Below are positions 43,347-56,679 of a DNA stretch of 64,000 nt, piece by piece. The DNA comes from Camelus dromedarius (lineage: Eukaryota): assembly GCF_036321535.1 (NCBI RefSeq), contig NC_087458.1:7812001-7876000 (forward strand), in the 5' to 3' direction. The position numbers and the translations under genes were made by a program. Every line of letters starts with the position of its first letter. Position 1 is the stretch's first letter. The notes under the pieces are model-generated. The model saw only the letters and a program-made list of their open reading frames with translations. It was not told where the DNA came from and searched no databases.

Positions 43347-44257
43347 TCACCAGAGAAGAGATCACTGTCATCCCTTTAAGAGGAAAAGAGAAAGTGCCCA
43401 AATCATCCATCAAACCCACCCTGACTGCTCTTGTAAGAATTCTTTCCTTAAGTTGGAACAGAGACAGAGGAAGGAGGCCTGGTCCTTGGGGAGCTCCCTG
43501 ACTGACCACAAAGAGATCAACATCAACACGTTGAGAGTCAAGGAAGACTGAGATTGATAATAACACCTGTTTATGGAGATGCCACATGTCATGTTATCAC
43601 AGGCCAGGCTGTGCTAAAGCTTTCCATGGATCATTTCCTGTAATCTTCCCAGCTAAGGAAGATTTCCTGAACTTTACATTCAGGAAAGTAGTATTATCCC
43701 TATTTTACAAATGAGGAAACTAAAGACTCAAGAGTTTAGGTAACTTGCTCAGGGTCACACAGCTGATGCATGTGGAACTCAAACCCAGGCGGCTTGTCTG
43801 CAGAGGTCCCACTCTTAAATTCTCACCACCTGATAACATCTCCCAATTTATTACCATGAAAAACAATGCAGTGAGGTGCTTATTAACCTGAGTTATAATA
43901 GTACTTAGCAGAGCCATACCCTATACCTGTGGCCAGCATTTTCACTGTCCTCTTGGTGTGGGGGCTACACACCTCTTCCTTTCAGTCTTGTTGGAGCACC
44001 CCTTTTTTGGACTGTCCAGTTTAGGAAGGGTGCTCTTCTTGAATATTTAATGCATAATGGGGGATTACACATATTGTTTTACCATCTCATTTAATCCTGA
44101 CAGTCCTGCAAAATAGGCATTATCCTTATTTTACAAAAGAGGAAAACGAAGTCAGGTTTCTTGCTTGGGGTTACACAGCTAGTAAGAGATGAAGCTGGAA
44201 TATGAGCCCAGATTGCCTGACTCCAAAGTGTCCCTCTTTCTATCATATTACCAACTA

Positions 44258-44469
44258 CAGTCATCCCTCAATATCTGCAGGGTGTTGGTTCCAGGACCTG
44301 CCATGGAAACCAAAATCCATGGATGCTCAAGTCCCACAGTCAGCCTTCCACATCGGCGGATTCAACCAACCACAGGTGTAGTACTGTAGTATTTATTGAA
44401 AAAAAAAAAAAAAACCCGCATGTAAGTGGACTTGTGCAGTTCAAACTTGTGTTGTTCAAGGGTCGACTG
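44258..44469. mobile_element. TcMar-Tigger MITE (Tigger2/MER8-like)
   Basis: Imperfect TIRs CAGTCATCCCTC.../...AGGGTCGACTG; TA duplication on both sides (44256-44257, 44470-44471). Confidence 0.85.
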
Positions 44470-45559
44470 TACTTGCATTTCTTTACAGTCACTCAAGTGT
44501 TCCTCTTTTTGGACTCCACAATGGCATTATCCAACTTATATACCAACTTTGCCTCTGAACTGGTTAAGATGGCTTATTACACGAGACATTCAAAACTATC
44601 ACTGCTGACTTGAGTCACAAAAAGTAACTTGTATTAAGATCATTTATCACAGGCATTGCAGACCATTTTCAAAGCTGATTAATGGCACTACTGGAGTAAT
44701 CCTCTAGCCTTCCAAAGTAACAACTCTGAAGGGTAAAGCTTTTATTTGTGTTTAAGAAGGTCTAGTAAGTATGCTGGTTTAAAAAAAAAAAATCAGACAC
44801 ATCATTACATCACCCCTCCTAAACATTACATTTTAGGGTTAAGAGCAATGACCAGTCTGTTTAGATATAGAGTAGCAAATTCAGAGAAAAAACAAGTAAC
44901 AAATTCGGGATGACTCACATTTCTGTTCACATTTCTACTGTGAAGGATGATTACCTGAAAATCTAATTGAGACCTTGAGAGTCCCAACAAAAAAGCACTG
45001 AATGAAGAAATGGCTCCATCTTGCCTGATACTGCAAGATTAGTAAAATTCAAACACTGAGGCCTTTAAAGCCACCTCAAATCTGCCTCTTCTGAAGTTAT
45101 CTCTCATCTATCAGCCCGCAGATTTCAATAATATTAACAACAACACTTATGCATTTACTCAGTGCCAGCCTGTTGCTACTTGCTTCACACACAATGTCTC
45201 ATTTAATCCTCCCAACAACCCCATTAAAGATTTTTACCGTAACTTACAAATGAAGAAATGGCACTGAGAAGTTCAGTTACTTGTCCAAATCAAATAGCTG
45301 GCAGTGGATCCAGGACCTCAGGCATTCCAGAACTGATGTTCTTAACCACTATGCTCCTCAGTCTTTTATAGCTACTTGTGCTTTATGCTGTAAGACTTAC
45401 GGTGGCCTGTCCCTTGTTTCAGTAATTCGTAACTATACGCCCTGGAAGTCACAAACGGGCTTTATTTCCCAACCCCAGTACAATTAATGCAGCTCCAAGA
45501 CTCGAAAGTGCGTTATTCGGTGAACTGAATGATACACGTGGGTGGGGATTGCTTTAACG

Positions 45560-46200
45560 GACTTACAATGAATAACTGTGGACAGAAGCAACTAGGTCCC
45601 AGGCTGCGAGTACACTTTCAGGAACTGTCTTCTCTCCAGTCGACCTGAGCTTTCTGGAAGCTTTCTGGAGAAGGGATCCAGGGCCATAATTCTTACAGCA
45701 GTCCCAAAGAGCCGGGTACCCTTTCCCTAGATCTCCTTCTTCCTGAGGTCTAAACTCCAGCCCTCCTGCCAGTTTCACTTGGGTAAAACTACTCTCCCGC
45801 TCTCACATTTGCTCCTGAGCCCAGGCTCCGACAGCCACCATTTGGAGAACTGCAGCCCCTTACCTTCATTGCAAGGTCCTCTCCGCAGAAACATGTGGCA
45901 GATGTGACTTGTGCGCCGCCATTTCCCCGGAAGTGCCTTCTCGGTCCTTCTAGGCTGTCGAAACCATAGAGACTCACTCCGGACTCGGAGCCTCAGTCCT
46001 CCCAGGAGGAACTGTTTTGGATAGGCTCACTTGCCTGTTTGTTTGCCATAGAAACTCGGGTCCAGAGCGTGCCCATTTCAGAAGATTTGGGAAGTATTCT
46101 ACTAACTACCTGCAGGCCCTGAGCGGCCGCGGGACTTCAGCCCTAACCCACACTCTCTGGATGCCGAGAACAGCTTTGGGTCCGACACTGACTAGTCTTG
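45560..46200 (-). promoter_or_regulatory. GPATCH4 promoter and non-coding first exon
   Basis: CpG-enriched. GCCGCCATTT (YY1) 45915-45924, CCGGAAGTG (ETS) 45927-45935; minus-strand donors GTGAG (45802-45806) and GTAAGT (45561-45566). Confidence 0.7.
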
Positions 46201-47490
46201 GGTACATTTACGAGGAAGGGAAACTTTAGGGGAAAGCATCGACAGTGGCCTGAGAGATTCATGGAGGCAGAGATGGAGACAACATTTCTGAAGTGACGTG
46301 GGGATGAATACTCAGCCTGCAGGGACAGTTATTTATAAAACTCTAGAGGTTTCAGTAGGTTCATCAAACACCTTTTGACTCACTACTGTGTGCCAGGACC
46401 TTCCCCTTTGGTACAGGTGATAACAAAGGTTTGTAAGACATGAGCCCTGACTTCAGGGAGCAGGTGGTTTAGCCAGAGAAGGTTGGGACTGGAGAGAGGG
46501 TGGGGATTCCGGAACGCAAGGCAGGCTGAGGAGTTTGGACTTGCCTTGTTAAGTATGTGGATCTACTGTACAGGGGAGGGGAAGAAGATACTGCAAGGAA
46601 ATCAGCAAGAGAGGTTGCATACGCTTCCATCCCCACAAAAGGTTCTTAGGCTTCACTGAGCCACCCGAGAACTAACCTGAAAAAGGTATCCCTCTGCTTC
46701 CCTTTATCAATATCTACCATAACTTAACGCCCCCAGGAATTTCAAAGAGAAAAACTGCCATTTCACAGTAAAGCTTTGTCACAACTGCTTGATAAGTCAT
46801 ACTCCCTTATCTCCATAAGATTTTGATGCAATAGCACCAAAAGGAATAAAACAGTTAGGAATTTAACAAAACATAACAAAAGAAGTGCAAGAGTTGTACA
46901 CTGAAAATTACAAAATGTCATTGAAACTAAAGAAGACCCACATAAATGGAAAGGTACCTATGTTTATGGATGGGAAGCCTTAATATTGTTAAGATCACAA
47001 TAGTCTCCAAATTGGTCTACAGATTCAATGCAATCTCTGTCAAACTCCTAGCTGGCTTTTTTGCGTAAGTTGACAAGCTGATTTGGAAATTCAATTTGGA
47101 AATGCAAGGGGTTCTTTTTCTTGAAAAAGAACAAAGTTGAAGGACAAACATTTCCCAATTTCTAAACTTACTACAAAGCTATAGTAATCAAGACTGTGGT
47201 TCTGGATCAACAGAATAGAAATAAGAGTCCAGAAACAAACCCACACATTTACGAGCAATTAATTTTCAACAAAAATGCCAAGACGATTCAATAAGGAGAG
47301 TGTATTGTTTTCAATAAATGGTGTTAAGACAACTGGATAGCCACATGGCAAAAGAATAAAGTGGGACCCGTACCTCGTCTCATATGCAAAAAATTAACTC
47401 AACATGAATCCAAAACCTCTAAGAGTGAAACTTCTAAAACTCAAAAGAAATTATAGATGGAAATTTTCATAACCTTGGATTAAACAATAG

Positions 47491-47962
47491 TGAGACAGGC
47501 TGGGACTTGAAGCCTGGGACCCTGGGCTGTAATAATTATACTGGGACAGAACAACAGAATACAAAGAAACTATAAAGAACTAAAAATAACTGTGTGCCTG
47601 GAGTTATGAGCAATAAGCTACAAAAAGACCAAAAACCCAACTGCCACTTCTGTGGTGTCTGGGAGCAAAAGCAGGATACTGGGAGCAGAAGCAAGATACT
47701 GCGCATGATCCCTGCACACAGCACCACCAAGGGGGTGGGCCAACCACCTAAGCCACTCCTCCAGCTCAACCCCTGGACCTGCCCCTACCCTCACGCGATT
47801 TAAGGGACCAGCTCACCCTCCCCTCCTCAGGCAGTGAGCATAGGAACCCATTACTTGTTTCTGCTCCATCATGCTGCAGCAATAAAGCCTTTCCTGAATT
47901 TCTCGTCTGGTCTCTTATCAATTTCTATCGATTAAGGAGGCCAAGCACCCTGGTTGGTAACA
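47491..47962 (+). mobile_element. Solo ERV LTR (ERV1-like), 472 bp
   Basis: Begins TG and ends CA; AATAAA 47881-47886; near 4-bp TSD ATAG/AAAG; interrupts otherwise contiguous L1 sequence. Confidence 0.8.
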
Positions 47963-48068
47963 AAAGTTTCTTAGCTATGAGTCCAAATGTGCAAGCAACC
48001 AAAGAAAAACACAGTTAAGTTGGACTTCATCAAAATTAAAACTTTTGTACTCCAAAGCACACTATCAA

Positions 48069-48665
48069 NNNNNNNNNNNNNNNNNNNNNNNNNNNNNNNN
48101 NNNNNNNNNNNNNNNNNNNNNNNNNNNNNNNNNNNNNNNNNNNNNNNNNNNNNNNNNNNNNNNNNNNNNNNNNNNNNNNNNNNNNNNNNNNNNNNNNNNN
48201 NNNNNNNNNNNNNNNNNNNNNNNNNNNNNNNNNNNNNNNNNNNNNNNNNNNNNNNNGAAAAGGTGCCCAACATCATTAGTCATCAGGAAAATGCAGATGA
48301 AAACCAGAGTGTGGTATCATTTCACACCTCCTAGGATAACTATAATTTTTTAAATGAGCAATAACAAGTGTTGGTGAGGTTGTAGAGAAATTGGAACCCT
48401 CATACATTGCTGGTGGGAAGGTAAAATAATGCAGCTGTCTTGGAAAACAGTTTGAAAGTTCCTCAAAAAGTTAAAAATAGAATTATTGTTAAAAATAGTA
48501 TTATAGCANNNNNNNNNNNNNNNNNNNNNNNNNNNNNNNNNNNNNNNNNNNNNNNNNNNNNNNNNNNNNNNNNNNNNNNNNNNNNNNNNNNNNNNNNNNN
48601 NNNNNNNNNNNNNNNNNNNNNNNNNNNNNNNNNNNNNNNNNNNNNNNNNNNNNNNNNNNNNNNNN
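48069..48665. other. Assembly gaps (N): 48069-48257, 48509-48665
   Basis: N runs of 189 and 157 nt. Confidence 0.98.
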
Positions 48666-49133
48666 ATCCACAATGAAATGTTATTCAGTCATCAAAAGGA
48701 ATGAAGGATTGATACAAGCAGCAACTTGGATTTACATGCAATGTGCAGAGCAGGCAAATCCACTGACATAGGTCAACCGGGAAGAAGGAAATGGAGAGTG
48801 ACTACTGATGAGTACAGGGTTTCTTTTTGGGTTGATGACATGTTCTGGAATCAGTGGTGATGGATAAACTCATGAACATACTAAAGACCACTGAATTGTA
48901 CACTTTGGAAGAGTGAATTTTATGATATGTGAATTATATCTCAAAAAAAAAAATCCACAGTCACACTAAAAATAGAAGGGAAAAATAGTAACCTGTTATA
49001 GGCAGTCATTCCAAGGTGACAGGATTACAAAAAGGTGCTTCTCCTTCTTTATATCTTTTCTCTGAATTTCCGGTTTTCTACAATTAACATATTTTATTAA
49101 AAAAAACTAAAAAAAAAAAAAAAAAAAAAGGCA

Positions 49134-49276
49134 GGGGAGGGAATAGCTCAATGATAGAGCACATGCTTAGCATGCATAAGGTCCTGGGTTCAATCCCCAG
49201 TACCTCCTCTAAAAATAAATGAATAAATAAACCTAATTACCTCCACCCCCAAGAAATAAAACTAAAAAACAAAATT
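49134..49276 (+). mobile_element. tRNA-derived camelid SINE (Vic-1 type)
   Basis: GGGGAGGGAATAGCTCAATGATAGAGC...GGTCCTGGGTTCAATCCCCAGTACCTCC...ACCTAATTACCTCC. Confidence 0.88.
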
Positions 49277-50908
49277 TTTTTTCATTAGGAAAAATAACTT
49301 TAAAACAGCAAATGGATACTAATCAAAGTTCCTCAGTGCTGAGGGACTTGGTGCGGAAATGAGGAGAAATATGACTGACAACAGGGAGGCCTTCAGGAGG
49401 AAGTGAGTGTGGCCCTGAGAGTACCAACTCTTGAATTCCTTCCTAAATTTCTGGAGCAGAATTAATTCTGAAAAATTAAGGTCTTTGGTTATGTTGCTAT
49501 ACTCATACATATTTCTATAGCACAATGTTATAAAAATCATACTATGCTCACAAATCCCTATGGCACATACACTTGTATAACACTTCCCCTCCACCTCTTC
49601 TCAGTTTTGTGGGGTTTTTTTTTTTTTTTTTTTTTTTTCTGCTACTGAAATCCGAGCCTGGGGGAAGAGAAAATAGCTTGTGGTTGCAACTACATTGTGG
49701 GATTTAAAAACGCTGATATCACAAATACTGCCAATGTTTACCTAATGTTATTTACTTTTCTATTGAGAAAAAAAAAAGGGTGCACCTACAGCTCTTAGGG
49801 TTTTCCTTAGACTGATATTATTTCCTAATCCTCAGACCTAGGCAGTTTCTAATTTTCCTACTTCAGTAACCATTGAGTTCATAACAGCAAAATATTACAA
49901 TCCCTTGTGTAAAGTCCTTTACTATTTAAAAATAGTGGTTTTTATTTAAAACAGTGGTTTACAGTTTAAAATGTCATTTTCACAAACAGCATCAAATTTA
50001 ATTCTCATCCTAGTCCCATGATGCATGTAATCATCCCAATTTGTAAGTGAGTAACCTGAGGGCCAGCTGGCACAGAAAAAGGAAATGTAATGAAAAGACT
50101 GTGGTCTCAGCCACAGACAGCTGTTCACTGATGCAATCTAGTGTAGGGTCTGCTTCACATTTATTTCTCTTTGAAGCACCTTTGCCATCTGCCCGTCGGT
50201 ACCATGCTTCTGGGTCAAGACCTGTCTCTGAGCCCTGCATCACTGTCACTCTAGTTCTTGTCTCTGTCTTTCCCTGGCCTCAGTATCTCCTTCTGTGAAG
50301 GGGCTTGAACACCTCAGGGTGTGAATATGCTGGTTGTGGTGGTGGCGTGGGGAGAGTGGATCAGGGGAGGGCTTGTAACGGGCCCTCTTTCCTCTGTAGG
50401 GCTTGCTGCCACTTCTGAGTCGTGCCAGAGGAGTGAAGTTTTCAAGGTAGCCCACACATCCATTTGGGTTGTTTTGTATATTTTTAAAAATGAAATATTT
50501 TCAGAAACATCAGTAAAAATGCTGTGGAAAATTGCTGAATGGGACAGAATAAAAGACACCAACATGAGTGGAAGTAGAGGTGGGAAAAAGGACCATGCTG
50601 GAAAGAAAAACAGCAAGGAATCCCACCCCCTTCTTTCTCTTGGCACTGTTGCCACAAATATGAAGAAAATTGCTTTGAAAAATTGGGAGTCTCTCCCTCT
50701 GAACTGGAGCTTAATTAAGCCTTGTCAGAGCCAGAAGTCTGAGGGCGCTCTGAGCCTGAAGACGACCCCAGATTTCTGCTGTAGCCTTTCCATCCCTGAG
50801 CATGCTCCGCCTCAGAAAAGTGGTGATCCCCCAACAGTGCACAAGACTGTGTATGGACGGAGCCCTGCTCTGTGCTAGGCCCGGCAGTGCAGGTAATGCA
50901 GCCTTCTC

Positions 50909-50923
50909 GCGCCACCTGCTGGC
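50909..50923 (-). promoter_or_regulatory. CTCF-type motif
   Basis: Minus strand GCCAGCAGGTGGCGC, a near-consensus CTCF core. Confidence 0.65.
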
Positions 50924-53900
50924 TGTCTTTTTTATTGCACATTAAATCACGACAAAATTCATACACATAGTACAAAATGCCTTGAAAGTTTGATGGGACA
51001 GACAACAAAACGTTAAAATTTATTTTCTCCATGTGGTAGGATTTAGGGGGGCTTTCCGTTTTTAAATGTTTTTACGTTTGTTAAATTGTCTAAAATGAAG
51101 TGCATCGTTGTGTAATCAGTTTTTAAGAAAGCAATAAAATTTGCCTTCCAATTTGCAAAAATTATTATTCTACAATTCATTCTGGCTTCATTTTTACACT
51201 TAAGTCTTTGAGCTTCTTGGAATTTATTTCGTTTAAGGAATGCGTTATGGATCAGATTTTTTTCCCCAAGATGGCTAACTGGTTGTCCCAACCTCTAGCA
51301 ATGATAGGCATCTTATCAAATAAATTATGCTACAGTCACCCACTGGAATATTATGCACACACATAAAAGAATGAAGAAGCTTTATGTCATGTGCTAATAA
51401 CAGATGCTCATAACACATTATTAGATTAAAAAAAGCAAAGTAAGGAACAGTTTGTATAATATGATCTCAACTAGTTTAAAAAAAAGAATATATGCATAAT
51501 GTGTGTTTGTACTTATCTGCATTCTTGTAGATTCTTAAAAACTTTCTGGACATAAACAAAAGAGGCTTACCAATGGTTTAATTGTTCCAGAAAGAAATGA
51601 GAAGAAGGAAGGCAGGAAAGGAAGCAAGCAGGATTTTACTTTTCCTTTATCCCTTTGTTAGTGGTTTAATTTTTTTCTTTATATTCCTGTATTAATTTTG
51701 TTATGTTTTATAACATATAAATGAAAATAAATGGGACATTGACTTGTATGTGTGTGTGGTTTTTATGTCCTTAAAAATCAGGTGATCCCTTAGAATCAAT
51801 CAGTCAGTATCTGTGTTTTGATTGCTTCTGCTCCCTTTGACACTTCGGCTCACCAGTAGTAAGGGGCTAAGATGTATTGAGTGCATTTTATGAGTCAGGC
51901 CCTGTTCTAATTATTGATGTTGTTATCCTTATTTTCAGACAAAAACACTGAAATAAAAAGAAGGTAAGTTGCCTAATTTTATCTAGTGAATAGGTTGTCT
52001 GAAGTTTATCTCCAGACACTCAAATTCCAGAGCCTGTGGAACTTAACCATTATGCCCTGTCTTTTGGTTAAGCTTACAGAAACTGGGGGAGGGGGGGGGA
52101 ACCCTCAGTTTTATTTGTTCATTCAGTAAATATTTTCTGAATGGCCTAGTGTATGCCAGGTGAGAAAACTGTTCAGCTGTTTCTTGGGAGGCTTCCTGGA
52201 GGAAGCACAAGGGACACATTATAGTCTGTGATGTTGCTAATGGAACTGAGTTGCTCTAACAGTGGTGGCCCACTGGAGCAGCAGCCAGCCTAGCTGTAAC
52301 TACAAGACGGCACTGTGGACTCTTGCTGAGAATGGCCACTTCCTCCAGTGCCCTTGCTGGTCCTCTGCAGGCTGGAGATTCCAAGTGTCCTCCCCTCAAG
52401 CGAGTTCAGTCTCGCAGGGAACTCACGTGCTAGTTGTACCAGTGGATCTGCTATTTGAGGGAAACAGAAAGCACTAGTGTGTTGACTTCAATATAGGAAA
52501 GTTGAGGAGTGAAAAGACACAATTGTCAAAGTTATTTGTTACTCATGTCAAAGATTTTTTTAACTCATTAATGCGGAAACTAGGAAGAAGACAACAGAGC
52601 TGCTTTGAAGAGCATTTGAGAAACAGGGATTTATACAGTCAATAAAAAAAGGGCTGCCAAAATAAGATTACTAATTTAGATGTAGATTGGTCAACTTTCT
52701 AGGATAATAAAACCAGAACACCCTTGTGGTTGACTTTGCTATTGGGCAATAAACCCTATCATTTTATCAACCTCTGCAAGTTAACCACTAACCATACAGG
52801 ACTATAAATGTTTCACCTGTGTCATTGTTGATTATTTATCAGACATGCTGGAGCAATAAAGTTACATTTCCCAGGAGAGTCAATTGAGTGTCATGCAATC
52901 TTGCAGACAATGCTCTACAGTGATACCAACAAGAACAAAACCCAAGCCATCTTCATTTTGCCTTTTCTAAGTTTGGAGGAATTTTCTTTCACAGAAGGGA
53001 GGAATTCATCTACCTTTGGAGATGAGCCACCTGGGTTACTTACTAGCAATTTACTAACTTTCTCTAGACATTGGTTTCCTTGCCCATAAAATGGGAATGA
53101 TAATACTGTGAGAGTATTCACGTCTCCCATGTGAAAGAATGTAGAACTATAAGTTGGGGCTCACTTTTTCCAGTTATTCACATTCTGGTCGGAGAATGGT
53201 TGATTACTACTTGCAAATTTTCTTACTTCTGGGCTAAGTTTGACCAGTGTGAGACTAGGAGTGAGAGTCTGTATGAAGTAAAGTCAGATGCAACACAAAT
53301 TGGCCAGAAGGAGAACAGAAGCAGGGATTTGAGAGAGCAGATCTTGAGACCTGGGAGAATGAGAAGGGCTGATAAAATGAGAACTTGGGATTTCAAGGTA
53401 TTTGCAGAAGCGGCTGAACAAAAATACAATTTCAATGGTCTCCTTGAAAATAGTCATGAACTGATGTGACAAACAGAAGTGATAGGTAACAGGATCAGTA
53501 ATATGTAAAATATAATTGTTAAATCTTAGTAACCATGAAAATAGCCTCTAGACGTTTGTCGTTTACTGTTCTCTGCGCTTTCTACCATTTTGCTTCACCC
53601 CCATCTACCTTGGACATAGAACAGGTGTTATCCCTCAGGACAGAGATGGTTGACAAACCTGAATATCTGCCAGGTTAAGATGAGGACAAGACACTCCCCT
53701 CCCATTCCTTCAGGACCTTTCAGAGCCAGAAAGAAGCTGCCCATGGAGCCAGCCAGCTCCTCCCTCTGGACAACTTCACCTCTAGTTTCTAGGTTCTGAT
53801 CAGTAAGGCCCACTTCTCAAAAGCCCCACATCAAGGGGCTGGTCTGACCCACAGGGAAATGAGTTCTGTCCAGGACTTCTGAGCTAGGCAGGGCAGCCCA

Positions 53901-55899
53901 AGATCCGGCACAGTCAGGGCTCCACATGGCATCTGAGGCGTGGTGGTGGCATCCTCCCATTCTTCACAGAGATGGAAATAGAGAGATTGAGATGAAAAAA
54001 TAGAGAGGGACACCCTCACTGTTTAGAGAGAGACCCCAGCCCCATGAGGGGCCCCGTCTTTTCTTAGAGAATGTGGCTAGTGCGAGGATGAATGGGTCTA
54101 ATGGGGCTCAGCTCTTTCCCACCTTGTTCTCTCCTTCTTTAAACTTTTTCCCAGTTGAACGAACCATTATAACAATGAACCTCATTCACAGTGTGCTTTT
54201 CACTTTGTAGAAGTCTGCTCCATCACCCTCACACTAGCCCGTCCCATTGGGTAGGTGTAGTTCCCATTTGATAATTCAGAAGTCTGAAGTTCCAGAAGGT
54301 TGGTATAGAGCCTCATAAGAAGTCAGTATCTGATAAGTGGTCCTGTGTTCCTCCCTGTAGCCTCCGTGGCCTCATGCCCCCTCCACCCAAAAGCATGGCC
54401 ACATCTTCTTCCTTCCCACTCTTGATTCTACCCACAGTACAAAAGCCGTTTGGGTGTCCTGAGTGGAAAATATGCCTTTCCAGAAGGCTGATATCCCCAG
54501 GCTCACCTCCCACATCGTACTACAGTGCAGCCAGGATCCAGCCCCACAAGAGGTCTGAGCCAGGGCCAGAGAAAAGACAGCGTCCTGGGGGCTCCCAGGG
54601 AGGAGGAGAAAAGTGAGAACCAGCAGCGAAGGAGTGTGAGGCTGCCCTGCAGCGTCTACAGAAGACTGGGCCGCAGGGAGGCAGCTGTGAGTGCACGTGA
54701 ATTTCATTGGAAGGAGAGGGAAGCCCCGCCAGGCACACCTAGCCTCGCTCTGCTTTGCCAACTCTTCCAGTCCTTCATGCAACAATCCCAGTAGTAAACT
54801 GGGACCATGCTTGCCATCACCAAGGGGCCAGGACCTTGGTCAGCTAAATGTGCCTGGAGGGTGGAAGCTGAGTCTGGGGTGTCAGGAAAAGAGGTGACAG
54901 GACTTCATGCTTGTCCAAGATGGTTCCACCTCCCTCTCCCTGGTCAGCCGGTAGCAGGAGTGACAAAGGCCTCTCCTCAGAAGATACAGTTCAGTGAAAA
55001 GACCCCAACTCAAGCCTGAGCCGTCTTACCCCATTCCTACCTCGCAGTGTCTCCTGGGGAGAACTGAGAATGAACGTGACCTGGAGCAAACTAAACACAG
55101 TTGGATTATTCACACTGTATTTATTCCTGCTCTGTTCCTTTCTCATTCCATCCTCAAAGGGTTCTATCAAATAGTTCCAGGCCTTCCTCCCTGCCAAAAT
55201 CAATCTTTTACGGATTTACATATCAGAGACTTCCAAACCACAGTTTAAAGAAAGGAGCTGAGAAGGGTGAGCCTGGGAACGGGGGCACTACTGTCATCCT
55301 GGAGCCTTTATATGCTGGGTCTCTGCGGGAGGTTGTTTGTTTGCGTTGGGCAGAAGCCAATCAGATGCGCGGGATCAGGGTGTCCTAGCAGAGGAGACAG
55401 GCGGCTATTTGTCTGTTCTCGTTTGTCCCTCACTCTGGGAGGAAGAGGGAAGGGCTTAGGAAGGGACAGAGCGGAATGAAAAAGACAGTCACTCCAGTGC
55501 CTAAAGGCCATGATCGGGGTGGGCTCCCTGCTATCAAATAAAGCCCCAGTAAAGGCCCTGGGCTCCGCTGACTCGGAGAGCCAGGAGAGGACTGGAAGAG
55601 GGATTAGTGGGCAAAGCAGAACATTCTAGCAAAACATTCTATAACTGCATTCTGTGTGATCTTGGGCAAGTTGCTTTCCCTCCTTTCTGCTCTTTGTCTG
55701 GTAAATGAGGAAGCTAAGTGTCCTGAGGTCTCCTCCAGTTCTGAAAGTGTATGATTTAGTGACATGAAGCTACTGATGGTGGGTTGATCAGCCAAGAGAA
55801 TAGAGGCTAAGAGGTCCTCTGAAGCTCGAAACGTTTCTAACTGGCTATTTACGGAGGGGGTCCTCCTTCTGGAAGGAAGGCATACAAAAAAGAAATAGG

Positions 55900-56045
55900 C
55901 TTATTCTGGCTGTTGGATATGTTGTATATCTTGATCTATGGTAGTTACATGGTGTGTACACATATCAAAATTTATTGAGCTGTACACTTAAGACCTGCCC
56001 CTTGTTGTATGTAAATTATACCTCAATAGAAAGGTTTAAAAAATA
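55900..56045 (+). mobile_element. Old L1 3' end fragment
   Basis: CTGTACACTTAAGA...GTATGTAAATTATACCTCAATA. Confidence 0.65.
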
Positions 56046-56531
56046 AGACTTAAATTCCAGCAGGAGTTTAGACTTCAAAAAGAATGTCCTAATAAAATGG
56101 ACTTTAGAGAAGTGAATTTCCTGCTGGGGATGGTAAGGATCTCCTTTCTCTTGGGAACTTTAAGATTATCCATCTGCTGGAGGAGGTGGGGAACTAGGGA
56201 ACAAACAAGATGACCTCTCTCGGAGAGCTTTCCAAAGTCTTTCCATCCTCAGAAATTCCTATGTCCTTCCCAGAGACAAAAAATTCTCCTTGCTGTCTAA
56301 TTTCCACCTCTCCTATTACAATTCTAACCGCTCATTCTGACCTCCATGGAGCCCAACCATCCCCTGGCCTTATACAAAAATCTCTTTAGAGCCTGAAGCT
56401 TAAATATTGAGAGGGACCCTATTTCAACTTTCTCACCAACCTTCTCTCTCCATTTCCCCATTTTCTTTTCCTTGGGGATGTCAGTTCCTGTTCTGAGCCC
56501 GCCCTCACCCAGGCCCTTTTTCCGGTGGTGT

Positions 56532-56679
56532 NNNNNNNNNNNNNNNNNNNNNNNNNNNNNNNNNNNNNNNNNNNNNNNNNNNNNNNNNNNNNNNNNNNNN
56601 NNNNNNNNNNNNNNNNNNNNNNNNNNNNNNNNNNNNNNNNNNNNNNNNNNNNNNNNNNNNNNNNNNNNNNNNNNNNNNN
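56532..56679. other. Assembly gap (N)
   Basis: 148-nt N run flanked by simple-repeat-like sequence. Confidence 0.98.

Larger units (their letters stand above)
46800..48952 (+). mobile_element. L1M (L1MB-like) ORF2 and 3' UTR, split by an LTR, two N gaps
   Basis: ORF2-like text on both sides of 47491-47962; 3' end CCACTGAATTGTACACTTT...GTGAATTATATCTCAAAAA. Confidence 0.85.

Noticed and set aside
52460-52900. AT-rich block that resembles an ancient interspersed repeat
   Set aside because: I could not assign a family or find termini without a repeat library.
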